DNA of 64,000 nucleotides from Escherichia phage IrisVonRoten. The notes beneath the pieces were generated by a model. That model ran no database searches and was not told the DNA's origin. It saw only the letters and a program-made list of their open reading frames with translations. Below are positions 30,166 to 38,707 of this stretch, piece by piece; positions within the stretch are counted from its first letter, which is position 1; the number at the start of each line of letters is the position of its first letter. Both the position numbers and the translations under genes were made by a program. Location of the stretch: sequence record MZ501075; one strand, 5' to 3'.

Positions 30166-30681
30166 ATGGCTAAGCAGAAAAACGCAAAAACTCAAGCAGC
30201 TACTACAGTTAAAACTTTCCCGCAGACTGAGGCTAACCGCAAAGCTCGTCTGGAACGCCATCTGCGCAAGCACCCTACTGATGCTCAAGCTGCACAGGCA
30301 CTGAATCGTCCGGCTCCGATTCGTCAAAAGCCGAAGGCTAAGAATGCTACTCGTTCTGTAGCCCGCCTTGTGACCTATGTACAGGGTTATGGCCACAAAT
30401 CTGTTCCAGTAACACTGAGTTTCAATGCTGGAGCTGAATTGTTCTCTCGTAATGGCATGGCCATGAAAGATTATGAGAAAGCAGTTAACCAGAAGCGTAA
30501 ACCAACGGCAGATGTACTGCGTGATACTCGCGGACAGTTCGGTTCTGTTAAACCAAATATCTTTGGTGTAGAATATAGCAAAGATAACGTTCGTGCTCTG
30601 TGTTATGGTGTGGGGATTAAATTCACAGGCGATTCTGCTCGTAAATCTGCTAAACCAGCTCGCAAGCGTAAAGCGAAGTAA
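30166..30681 (+). CDS. highly basic protein, possible nucleic-acid binding
   Basis: Lys/Arg-rich 171-aa ORF with preferred codons; own promoter and GNRA hairpin after stop. Confidence 0.6.
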   Translation: MAKQKNAKTQAATTVKTFPQTEANRKARLERHLRKHPTDAQAAQALNRPAPIRQKPKAKNATRSVARLVTYVQGYGHKSVPVTLSFNAGAELFSRNGMAMKDYEKAVNQKRKPTADVLRDTRGQFGSVKPNIFGVEYSKDNVRALCYGVGIKFTGDSARKSAKPARKRKAK

Positions 30682-30687
30682 TAGATA

Positions 30688-30701
30688 GGGGCGAAAGCCC
30701 C
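30688..30701 (+). repeat. GGGGCGAAAGCCCC GNRA-tetraloop hairpin (copy 1)
   Basis: Same hairpin recurs at 30966-30980 after the next gene. Confidence 0.6.
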
Positions 30702-30740
30702 TACAGTCAACTAATTCTCTAACCAATCCAGGATATTTTT

Positions 30741-30956
30741 ATGTTCTCTAAGAAACCACGTTCCGTTACTGAAATCGTTGCTTCCTTTACTACTATTACT
30801 GATGAACTTCAAGCTCGTATTGAGGCTGATCAGAAAATTGCTGCTGATATTCAGAAACAGCAGGAAGAACTCGCTCTGAAGTTGGCTGAAACCAACAAGA
30901 GCGAAAAATCTGCCCAAACTATTATGGAAAATATCCTTAAACTGCTTGGCAAGTAA
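30741..30956 (+). CDS. hypothetical coiled-coil protein
   Basis: 71-aa ORF. Confidence 0.5.
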   Translation: MFSKKPRSVTEIVASFTTITDELQARIEADQKIAADIQKQQEELALKLAETNKSEKSAQTIMENILKLLGK

Positions 30957-30965
30957 TTTAAATCA

Positions 30966-30986
30966 GGGGGCGAAAGCCCCTCTTAT
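30966..30986 (+). terminator. GGGGGCGAAAGCCCC hairpin + T-rich tract (copy 2)
   Basis: Hairpin followed by TCTTATTT. Confidence 0.6.
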
Positions 30987-30997
30987 TTGGAGAAATT

Positions 30998-31234
30998 ATG
31001 CGTAATTTTGTAGCAAAGAATGATTTTAACCGTGCTAGCACTCATAAGTCCGCTAGAGATTATACACGACTTTCTAGTCATGAGGTAATGGATACCTGTT
31101 ATGAAGAGCTGGAAGGTAGTTGGAATGAATGGCCTGACTTCTCTATGGAAGAGAACTGGGATGTCAGTGAGGATATGCTTCCTGGTTTCAAAGACCCCAA
31201 GAAGTGGGAGTCTATTAAAGAGACAGCTCTTTAA
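30998..31234 (+). CDS. hypothetical acidic protein
   Basis: 78-aa ORF. Confidence 0.5.
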   Translation: MRNFVAKNDFNRASTHKSARDYTRLSSHEVMDTCYEELEGSWNEWPDFSMEENWDVSEDMLPGFKDPKKWESIKETAL

Positions 31235-31262
31235 TAGTTTTCTACACAATAAAGGATAAGTT

Positions 31263-31964
31263 ATGAAAGTAAAACCATTTGGTATGCTAGATATTGAATC
31301 TCTAGGAACTCCAGGAGATTGTGGTACTACTCATATCGCAATGCCTTCTTTCGCTTTTGTGGCTATGCACGGAATTGATAAAGACCCTGATCTAGTGTTT
31401 GTTACTTTGGATGTACAAGATCAGCTTAACTCTGGAGCTAAAGTTACGGCATCTACTCTAGCATTCTGGATGGATCAAGCTAAGAATAGCCCATCAGCTC
31501 TACATATTATGGAAGCTATGAAGGAATGCAATCCAAAGCTGATTGCTTTTCAAGATGGTAAACATCACTGTACTAATAAGCTAGGCTCTAACTATGCAGC
31601 TTATTCTATGGCTAAAAACATTATGGAGTTGGCTCTAGGTGAGAATGCTTTGTATTATGGCAATGGCCCAGAGTTTGATATGACTATCTACTCTGCAAAC
31701 ACTTTCCATGCTGGAACCAATGAAGAAATAGTTCCGTGGAAATTCTGGAACTTAGGCAATGTTCGATCTCTCCGCAATCTCTGGATGCAGGCTGGTTATA
31801 GTTACAAAGACCTAGAAGCAGAGGGAATTAGCTGGGCAAAAGCTAAGATGGAGAAGATGGACACTATTCGTTATGGGATCTATCCGGTTAAGCATGATCC
31901 AGCATTCGATGCCTTAGTTGAGAGCTATTGTGTTGCAGCTATGGTCGAAAAAATCAAAATTTGA
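31263..31964 (+). CDS. DEDDh-family 3'-5' exonuclease (DnaQ-like)
   Basis: Exo I MLDIESLG and Exo III HDPAFDA motifs. Confidence 0.6.
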   Translation: MKVKPFGMLDIESLGTPGDCGTTHIAMPSFAFVAMHGIDKDPDLVFVTLDVQDQLNSGAKVTASTLAFWMDQAKNSPSALHIMEAMKECNPKLIAFQDGKHHCTNKLGSNYAAYSMAKNIMELALGENALYYGNGPEFDMTIYSANTFHAGTNEEIVPWKFWNLGNVRSLRNLWMQAGYSYKDLEAEGISWAKAKMEKMDTIRYGIYPVKHDPAFDALVESYCVAAMVEKIKI

Positions 31965-31965
31965 T

Positions 31966-31994
31966 TTGCTTCCAGCTTCAAAATTCTGTATAAT
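31966..31994 (+). promoter_or_regulatory. T5-type early promoter
   Basis: TTGCTT, 17-bp spacer, TATAAT. Confidence 0.7.
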
Positions 31995-32034
31995 ATACTC
32001 ATAAATTTGAGAAAACAACAAAAGGAAAACAAAT

Positions 32035-32217
32035 ATGCCAGTATCTAAAAATGTTCGTAAAAATGGTAAGAAAGCTACTCGTAATCTGGGTATTCGTCGT
32101 ATGGCTGAACGTCAATCAGGTGTCCAGAAAATCTTTGATATGCTAAATCGTGCTAATCCTAAAATTGATAACAGTAAAGATACTGTTCTGCGTACCTTAC
32201 TGGCAATGGGTCTGTAA
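32035..32217 (+). CDS. hypothetical small basic protein
   Basis: 60-aa ORF after promoter and AAAAGGAAAA SD. Confidence 0.5.
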   Translation: MPVSKNVRKNGKKATRNLGIRRMAERQSGVQKIFDMLNRANPKIDNSKDTVLRTLLAMGL

Positions 32218-32269
32218 TAGACCAACTTTAAACAAATTCAAATCTTAAACTTCATATAAGGAAGAAACA

Positions 32270-32908
32270 ATGACCACTCGTATTTCTAAAACTCGTGCTC
32301 TAGCAACTATCAAATCTCTGGAAGCTAAAATCCGTAAAGCTACTGAACAGCAGCTTCTGATCGCTGTTGGTGAAGGTAAGGATAAAAACCAGGTTGTAGT
32401 TGGCGCTGCAATCGAAGTAGCTGATCTGTCTACTCGTATTAAGACTGATTTCCAGTCTCTGCTGGATATGATGTCCCAGCGTGATCGTATCAAAGCTGCT
32501 CTGATTAAGAGCAATGCGGAAACAATCGTTGAGATTGGCTCTCGTAAGATGACTGTTGCGGAAGCAATTGAAGCTAAGCGTTCTATGGAGCTTAAAGCTC
32601 AGCTGCTGGCTAACATGCGTAAGCAGTTCCATGCCGCTACGGTTAAGTTTAATACGCAGAAAGCACAGTTTGATGCTAAATATGAGCGTTTGCAGGATAG
32701 CATGGCTACCCGCGATAAGAAAACTTCCGAAGATGAAGTTAAAATGCAGCTCAACCTGCTGGAACTCAAGAATACTCCATTCTTGATTGATCCGCTGGAA
32801 CTGGAAAAGCTGATTAAGCAGCATGACGAGGAATATCAGGACTTTGCAACAAATGTTGACTTTGTTCTGTCCGAGTCTAACGCCTCTACCTTCATTGAAG
32901 TAGAGTAA
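32270..32908 (+). CDS. hypothetical coiled-coil protein
   Basis: 212-aa ORF. Confidence 0.6.
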   Translation: MTTRISKTRALATIKSLEAKIRKATEQQLLIAVGEGKDKNQVVVGAAIEVADLSTRIKTDFQSLLDMMSQRDRIKAALIKSNAETIVEIGSRKMTVAEAIEAKRSMELKAQLLANMRKQFHAATVKFNTQKAQFDAKYERLQDSMATRDKKTSEDEVKMQLNLLELKNTPFLIDPLELEKLIKQHDEEYQDFATNVDFVLSESNASTFIEVE

Positions 32909-33291
32909 TAATTTAAAAGCTAGTAAATCGGTAGACGAAAGCCCAAGCATCTTACCTCGCAGCAGCGGTTGAAATACGAGGTTAAATAAGACCGCTGACC
33001 ATACTATAAAGTATAATCTATTGGAGATTATGTTTATTACATCAGACATTTAATCTGACACGTAAAAACAAAGCGTCGTTGATATTACCGACACAACTTC
33101 AAAGATCAACATTTAAGTATGAAAGCTGAAAAGTTTAAAGAACTCAAACTTCTAAACTTCTAAAGCTAAAAGATGCAAAGTATTCGTTGATGATTCAAAC
33201 CCTAGATCAAAGGTACATGGCTCATAAGATATGGCCTGTGGCGCCTCTAGGCTGTTTATCGGTTTACTAGTTTCACAATTTAAAAATGTAT

Positions 33292-33320
33292 TTGCTAATT
33301 TATTAAGTTATCTGTATAAT
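33292..33320 (+). promoter_or_regulatory. T5-type early promoter
   Basis: TTGCTA, 17-bp spacer, TATAAT. Confidence 0.7.
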
Positions 33321-33350
33321 ATATTTTTAAATTGATGAAACGAGGCTATT

Positions 33351-33668
33351 ATGACTTTTCATATTTTGATTGATGATGTGCGTAATCTTCACGGAATGGA
33401 CATTATCATTCGAACCCCAGAAGCCGCTGTAGAGTTTCTGAATAAAACTGATACCACAGGCCACTTCGTTTATATGGATAATGACTTGGCTGTAGATGGT
33501 ATGGAAGGTTATCAAATTCTTCGTTTACTCTTAGAATTTGGGCAGAGACCAAAGAAAGTGGTACTAGTAACCTCGAACCCAGTAGCTAAGCAAAATATGC
33601 GTAATGATTTGCTTGACTTAGGGTATAAAGAAAATCCCAATCGTGTTGAATATGATTGGCAGGAGTAA
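33351..33668 (+). CDS. hypothetical protein
   Basis: 105-aa ORF after promoter. Confidence 0.55.
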   Translation: MTFHILIDDVRNLHGMDIIIRTPEAAVEFLNKTDTTGHFVYMDNDLAVDGMEGYQILRLLLEFGQRPKKVVLVTSNPVAKQNMRNDLLDLGYKENPNRVEYDWQE

Positions 33669-33673
33669 AAAGA

Positions 33674-34123
33674 ATGAAGGCAGCGTTGCTTTTAGTAGCT
33701 GCCCTTACCTTCAGCTTTAGTAGTCAGGCATCGCACGATGCAAAAGAAATAGATTGCATTGCTAAAAATATCTATTTCGAAAGTCGTGGTGAGGGCATAA
33801 AGGGAATGACGGCGATTGCACATGTTACTAAAAACCGTGTAAACTCCGGTAAATTCCCAGATTCCTACTGTAAAGTAGTATATCAGTCTAACCAGTTCTC
33901 TTGGGTATCTAAGAGACCAAAAGTTGATAAAACTGATGAGGCTTGGCAAACCGCTAAGAATTTAGCTAGAGTGATATACTACGTTGATTTACCACAAGAT
34001 CCTACATATGGAGCACTTTACTTCCATAGTGGTAAAGATAAACCTTACTGGACAAAGAAGTTTAAGAAAACAACTAAGATTAAGGGACATACGTTTTATA
34101 AACCTGTTGTCACTAAAACTTAA
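33674..34123 (+). CDS. secreted SleB-like cell-wall hydrolase
   Basis: Signal peptide MKAALLLVAALTFSFSSQA; IAKNIYFESRGEG...AHV.KNRV core; ATG after AGGAG SD. Confidence 0.6.
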   Translation: MKAALLLVAALTFSFSSQASHDAKEIDCIAKNIYFESRGEGIKGMTAIAHVTKNRVNSGKFPDSYCKVVYQSNQFSWVSKRPKVDKTDEAWQTAKNLARVIYYVDLPQDPTYGALYFHSGKDKPYWTKKFKKTTKIKGHTFYKPVVTKT

Positions 34124-34131
34124 AAATTTAC

Positions 34132-34160
34132 TTGCTTAAATACTTAAACTTCTGTATAAT
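34132..34160 (+). promoter_or_regulatory. T5-type early promoter
   Basis: TTGCTT, 17-bp spacer, TATAAT. Confidence 0.7.
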
Positions 34161-34191
34161 ACTTTCATAAATTAATGAGAGGAAGCGAAAT

Positions 34192-34356
34192 ATGAAATCA
34201 GTTGTAATTATTGGTGTTAATACTCGCGGTATTCGTACTACGAAAACTGTTAAAACTTCCAACGTTGCTGAGATCACTACGAACCCTAAAAAGTTTGATT
34301 TCGCCAAAGTCTCAGCAGTTATGACAGAACAATCTTTTAACCAAGCGTTAGGAATG
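34192..34356 (+). CDS. hypothetical small protein (54 aa)
   Basis: ATG after GAGAGGAAG SD; below track cutoff. Confidence 0.4.
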
Positions 34357-34361
34357 AAATA

Positions 34362-34805
34362 ATGGAAGAGAATATTTTAGATGTTTTGCGTAGAGCTTTG
34401 CAGGATTCTAAGTTTAATGGTTCTGATAAAGAAGTCGCTAAAAGCTACCAGACCATAATCGGGGATCTTCAGCGTATTGATAAAGATTTCATCACTTCTG
34501 AACAATTTGTGTCTTATCTCAAAGCTCAACTAAAAAGCATTAACCAGATGAAAGCTAAACTTCATGGTCAAGATCTTGATAGTTATAGCTTGCAGTCCGC
34601 TCAGTATGAATACATTCTAAATAAGTGGTTGCAGGAGTATCTGCCTCCTCAGTTATCTGATACTGAGATTCGTAAATACTTTGCAGAATTAGTTAAGCTA
34701 AACCCTGGAATTACAAAAGGTATGCTGATGAAAGCGATTAAGGAAGAATTTCCTGGGCGTTATGATGGTGGTACTGCTGCTCAGATTGCTGGCGAATTTA
34801 ATTAA
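34362..34805 (+). CDS. GatB/YqeY-domain protein
   Basis: C-terminal NPGITKGMLMKAIKEEFPGRYDG pattern. Confidence 0.6.
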   Translation: MEENILDVLRRALQDSKFNGSDKEVAKSYQTIIGDLQRIDKDFITSEQFVSYLKAQLKSINQMKAKLHGQDLDSYSLQSAQYEYILNKWLQEYLPPQLSDTEIRKYFAELVKLNPGITKGMLMKAIKEEFPGRYDGGTAAQIAGEFN

Positions 34806-34813
34806 AAATTTAT

Positions 34814-34842
34814 TTGCTAAATGCCTATAAATTCTGTATAAT
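34814..34842 (+). promoter_or_regulatory. T5-type early promoter driving the ~900-nt untranslated region upstream of the SPFH gene
   Basis: TTGCTA, 17-bp spacer, TATAAT. Confidence 0.7.
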
Positions 34843-35065
34843 ATATTCATAAATTAGAGAACAGCGAGCCGATTACGCTGAGTGCAGAATCCCAACCGGA
34901 GCGCATTGAATAGAGTCGGTGGGTTAGTTGGAAAACTAGTACACAGGGGGCGGCAATCCCGGTTAGTGGCTAGAACGTGTAAAATGGGGCGTCTGAAACC
35001 TCTCCCCTAAACTCTTCTTTAATTTACTGATAGTGGGGTGTGGAAATCACTTATGTAGTAACACT

Positions 35066-35138
35066 GCCGATCTAGTATAAAACGGTATTATCAAGCCGTA
35101 ACTGGTGGAAGATGTAGGTTCGAATCCTACGGTCGGTA
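35066..35138 (+). ncRNA. tRNA-like element (acceptor stem + canonical T-arm, no canonical anticodon arm)
   Basis: GTAGG-TTCGAAT-CCTAC T-arm; 7-bp acceptor pairing GCCGATC/GGTCGGT; no 5-bp/7-nt anticodon stem-loop found. Confidence 0.3.
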
Positions 35139-35640
35139 AGAACTGGATAACTGGTGCTTTTAATGTAAAAGCTTCCGAGGTTAGTTGCGCACTGCCTAAA
35201 CCACGCGGTAGTTGGTTCCAGACTAACCAACCAGTCTGCTGAATAGTTTTATTACGATTTAACTATGTCCAGGCTAAAGAAGAACTTTAGAAGGTATTCT
35301 AGGATAGTGAAGTTCTTTCTCCATATCGGAGTAGTTTTTCAAACTATCCACAAAGTGGGAAATGCTGGCATGAGAGATGCCACTAATGGTGCACAATAGC
35401 ACAGGTAATTCGCGATAACTCCTGTTGAGTAGCAGCAAAAAGGTGGGGAGTCATGACCCTAACCTAACCGAGTCCTCAGTATACCGCAGGACATAACCAC
35501 TAAGTCACCTTGACTTAAACTGGAAAATAATAGACGTTACTGTATTTTGTCTTGAAATACTTAATGAGTGAGACTTATGACTCTCCCGGTATCGTCTGTA
35601 TTTTTAAGAGTTTTTACGAGAGTTCTTAAAAATACTTAAA

Positions 35641-35715
35641 CGGGGTGTAGTCTAAGGGAGAGGCAGGAGTCTTCTAAATTCCTTTATGCAGGTTCGAATC
35701 CTGTCACCTCGGCCA
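35641..35715 (+). tRNA. tRNA-Arg (anticodon UCU)
   Basis: Cloverleaf folded by hand: acceptor CGGGGTG/CACCTCG, anticodon loop CTTCTAA, T-loop TTCGAAT, encoded CCA. Confidence 0.7.
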
Positions 35716-35749
35716 ATTTTATTAACTGTAACTAAAACAAAGGAAATAT

Positions 35750-36697
35750 ATGTCTAATACTAAAAATATGAAAGAACTGACTTCTGAGCAAAAAGTAATT
35801 CGCACTATTAAACGTTGGAGTATTGGTGCTGTAGTTGGTTTAGCAGGTTTAATCCTAGCTTTTAATTCATATACTATTGTTTCTGATGGTACGGTTAAAA
35901 CCCAAACATTTCTAGGTAAAGTAGATCCTAACCCAGTATTACCTGGTTTCCATCTTGTAAACCCATTTGCATCTTTCGATACTTTTAGTACAAAAGATAT
36001 TGCTGTAAAATTAGATAAACTTCAGGTTCCTAGCCAGGATAAGTTTAAATCCACTGTTGACCTGACTGTTATGTTGCAGTTTGATGGTTCTAAGGCACCG
36101 ATCAACCGTATTAATGCGGGTACTCAAGATCAGGCTCTAGATAAGTATGTAACTGAAAAATTACTGTCTACTATTCGTGAGTTTGGTAAGTCTGTACCTA
36201 AAGCACAAGATTTGTTTGATGCTAAAATTCAAGCACAATTGCAAACTGCAATTCAACAGGAAGTTGAAGAGTATGCACGCCCCTATGGTTACACAGTTAA
36301 GCAAGTGTTCCTTCAGGATATTACATTGCCACCGGTAATTATGGAACAGGTACAGAATACCAAAGTTCGCGAAGAACAAGTTAATGCTGCGAAAGCTGAA
36401 TTAGCTCGCGTTGAACAAGAAGCACAGCAGAAGGTTAAACAAGCAGAAGCAGATCGTGAAGCTCGTAACAACCAAGCTATTGCAAACGAACGTGATGCAG
36501 ATGCTAAACTGTATGCAGCTAAGAAAGAAGCTGAAGCTAACGCTGCTCTGCAACGTACCATTACTCCTGAGATGATTCGCTGGAAGCAACTAGAAGTTGA
36601 AATGATTCGTGCTCAGAAGTATCAAGGTGGTGTACCGCAGACTGTGGTTGGCACTGGTTATGATGGCCAGATGATTATGGATATGCGTAACAAGTAA
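35750..36697 (+). CDS. SPFH/band-7 (prohibitin/HflKC-like) membrane protein
   Basis: N-terminal TM helix, SPFH-like core, Ala/Gln-rich coiled-coil C-terminus. Confidence 0.7.
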   Translation: MSNTKNMKELTSEQKVIRTIKRWSIGAVVGLAGLILAFNSYTIVSDGTVKTQTFLGKVDPNPVLPGFHLVNPFASFDTFSTKDIAVKLDKLQVPSQDKFKSTVDLTVMLQFDGSKAPINRINAGTQDQALDKYVTEKLLSTIREFGKSVPKAQDLFDAKIQAQLQTAIQQEVEEYARPYGYTVKQVFLQDITLPPVIMEQVQNTKVREEQVNAAKAELARVEQEAQQKVKQAEADREARNNQAIANERDADAKLYAAKKEAEANAALQRTITPEMIRWKQLEVEMIRAQKYQGGVPQTVVGTGYDGQMIMDMRNK

Positions 36698-36721
36698 TAC
36701 CCACACGTAATATTCGAAGTA

Positions 36722-36757
36722 AGCCCTGCGTTCCCTGGAGAGCGCAGGGCTTTTCTG
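36722..36757 (+). terminator. rho-independent terminator after SPFH gene
   Basis: AGCCCTGCG...CGCAGGGCT hairpin followed by TTTTCT. Confidence 0.7.
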
Positions 36758-36772
36758 TATTTAAGATAAGAG

Positions 36773-36806
36773 AAAAGCCCCTAAGTCTTTCGACTAGGGG
36801 CTTTTT
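36773..36806. terminator. bidirectional terminator hairpin
   Basis: GCCCCTAAG...CTAGGGGC hairpin flanked by A-tract upstream and T-tract downstream. Confidence 0.6.
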
Positions 36807-36818
36807 ATTATTGGTTCT

Positions 36819-37013
36819 TTAGAACCATATACTCTTGTTACAGCAACCACCCATACGGGAGGCCAATCTTGACTGAAAATCTACTCTAGGGGGCAGGATA
36901 AGAGTAGGCTTAAAGGCAAAGGGATTGAACGCCGGTATTTGTGTAAACATTGCTGGAGAGCAACAACGTGCTACAGGCATTGGGCAGCACGAAACAGATT
37001 TTCTGCAACACAT
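36819..37013 (-). CDS. Cys-pair-rich small protein (64 aa)
   Basis: ATG after TAAGGAGGA SD; four CC dipeptides (MCCRK, SCCP, RCCS, GGCCN). Confidence 0.45.
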   Translation of the reverse strand: MCCRKSVSCCPMPVARCCSPAMFTQIPAFNPFAFKPTLILPPRVDFQSRLASRMGGCCNKSIWF

Positions 37014-37022
37014 AATTCCTCC

Positions 37023-37439
37023 TTAGGAGTTATTACCACCATTTTGAGCTTTTGCAACTTGGCTTTGGCAGAAGCTATTAAACTTACCCATAAGTGATAC
37101 AAGCTGCTTCCCATCCTCTGTCTTTGCGAAGTCTTCGAAAAGGGCTAGTACTGCTTGTCCTTCCGTAGAAACCTGCGGTTGTTGGGTTTGCTGCTGAACT
37201 TGCTGCTGAGGCACCTGTTGCTGCATTTGTTGAGGCATTTGCGACTGCCCGCTCATTTGCTGCATCATTTGCATAGGACTCACACTTCCAGGGTTTTGCT
37301 GGAAGTGTTGCTGCATCTGTTGCGCTTCTGCTAAACGCTGTTGCAACTGTTGTAGGTAAGGATTATCCAGACCCGGAACGGGCTGCTGGGAGCCCATTGG
37401 TTGATTAAATCCGTTGTTTACAAAACCATATTTACTCAT
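37023..37439 (-). CDS. Gln/Met-rich low-complexity protein
   Basis: ATG after GGGGAGGAG SD; long PQQ/MQQ tract. Confidence 0.6.
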   Translation of the reverse strand: MSKYGFVNNGFNQPMGSQQPVPGLDNPYLQQLQQRLAEAQQMQQHFQQNPGSVSPMQMMQQMSGQSQMPQQMQQQVPQQQVQQQTQQPQVSTEGQAVLALFEDFAKTEDGKQLVSLMGKFNSFCQSQVAKAQNGGNNS

Positions 37440-37460
37440 AATGGGCTCCTCCCCTTAATT

Positions 37461-38441
37461 TTAAGCCGGCAGTTTAGCCTGCAGACCAGCCAGAGTCTGA
37501 GTGATAGCACCAAGACTTACAGCGATTTGATTAATTACCTGACCGTTAGCACCACTACCTGCAGCGATTGCTTCGCGCAGACGGCATTCATTCAGTTCGT
37601 CCTGGATACGTGCAGTAGTTACACCAGCGATTGCAGTCTGAAGCTCACAGCAACATTCAGCAAGCTGACGTTCGATAGCGTTCTGGTTAGCACACATCTG
37701 AGCCTGAACAGCGGCAAACTGGTTGTTGGTCTGAATAGACTGCTGGAAAGCAATCTGAGCAGAGTCAAACTTATCTTGAGCACGTGCGATCTGGTTAGCA
37801 GCGAAAGATTGATCCATCTGACGAGAAAGATCGAATTGACCCTGAATAACGTTACGAGTTTCAGCACAGATCTGGTTTGACAGATTAGCACCTGTACCAT
37901 AGATAGTAGTCAGAACTTGCTGAGTGCTAGCAGCTTGAGCAGCTCCCACACCGTTTACTGCGCTTAGAACAGCCCCAGTGCCCTGGTTAGCTTCTGTACG
38001 AGTAGTATTGATTGCAGCTAGAATACTTGCAGTATCTTGGTTAGAAAGGATCGCGTCCACAGCAGTCCCTTCAGCGGCAACGCCAGCACCACGGCCAAAA
38101 CCACCAAAACCACCAAATCCGCCCGTTAATAGAGCACCGATTAGGATAGCTCCGAATAGACCCATACCTTCTCCACCGAAAGCACTTGCGTTAGCTGGGA
38201 ATGCACCCATGCCAGGGAAGCCGTTAGTAAATACGTTTACTGGTTCTTGCATTTTATGTTTTCCATATTTATGACAATGTTCATCATAGTCATCTTCTTC
38301 ATCTTTATCATCGTGTTCACGATGTTCTTCTTCGTAGGCTTTGACTTTCTCCCACTTTTTCTTATCTGATTCCTCGTGACGGTGCAGTTCTGCTGCTACG
38401 CTAGCGACGGTTTCAGGACTCTTAGCTACTTCTTCTGTCAT
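37461..38441 (-). CDS. glycine-zipper membrane-associated protein with acidic His-rich N-terminus
   Basis: Start at ATG (MTEEVAK) after AGGAGGTG SD; GLFGAILIGALLTGGFGGFGGFG segment; Ala/Gln/Asn-rich C-terminus with CCC. Confidence 0.6.
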   Translation of the reverse strand: MTEEVAKSPETVASVAAELHRHEESDKKKWEKVKAYEEEHREHDDKDEEDDYDEHCHKYGKHKMQEPVNVFTNGFPGMGAFPANASAFGGEGMGLFGAILIGALLTGGFGGFGGFGRGAGVAAEGTAVDAILSNQDTASILAAINTTRTEANQGTGAVLSAVNGVGAAQAASTQQVLTTIYGTGANLSNQICAETRNVIQGQFDLSRQMDQSFAANQIARAQDKFDSAQIAFQQSIQTNNQFAAVQAQMCANQNAIERQLAECCCELQTAIAGVTTARIQDELNECRLREAIAAGSGANGQVINQIAVSLGAITQTLAGLQAKLPA

Positions 38442-38503
38442 TTTTTGACACCTCCTAGTATATAGAAAATGTGTGTCTCTTTGATCACTCATCCATAACA
38501 TAT

Positions 38504-38532
38504 ACTTTACACTACCCTGGCAAAAATGTCAA
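38504..38532 (-). promoter_or_regulatory. sigma70-like promoter for the opposite-strand cassette
   Basis: TTGACA, 17-bp spacer, TAAAGT about 55 nt upstream of the 37461-38441 start; differs from the T5 early type. Confidence 0.4.
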
Positions 38533-38648
38533 GGGGTCTTTAAAAATTGCCCCCAGATTTTTAGTGGGGTCACAAATTTCGGTCCTGACCACTTACCTGC
38601 TACCCTTAAGCACCCTGTGATTTTCCTCTAAAAAGTTAAAAAATTCAA

Positions 38649-38677
38649 TTGCTTGAATGCTAAATTCTCTGTATAAT
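38649..38677 (+). promoter_or_regulatory. T5-type early promoter
   Basis: TTGCTT, 17-bp spacer, TATAAT, then ATATATTTATAAATTTGAGAGAGG leader. Confidence 0.7.
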
Positions 38678-38707
38678 ATATTTATAAATTTGAGAGAGGA
38701 ATCTAGT

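Noticed and set aside
30688-30986. Possible CRISPR-like repeat (GGGGCGAAAGCCCC twice)
   Set aside because: Only two copies, each directly after a stop codon; they are GNRA-tetraloop terminator/stabiliser hairpins, not a repeat-spacer array.
32909-33290. 380-nt gap as a possible small-protein or sRNA locus
   Set aside because: Only very short ORFs without SD and no promoter consensus; left unannotated.
37401-38274. Plus-strand ORFs 37401-37880 and 37978-38274
   Set aside because: Ser/Thr/Leu-rich translations typical of the antisense of Ala/Gln-rich genes; no ribosome-binding sites, whereas the minus-strand genes have strong ones.
38657-38707. Upstream extension of the 38657 ORF
   Set aside because: The first ATG lies inside the conserved promoter leader upstream of the SD; real start taken as 38708.
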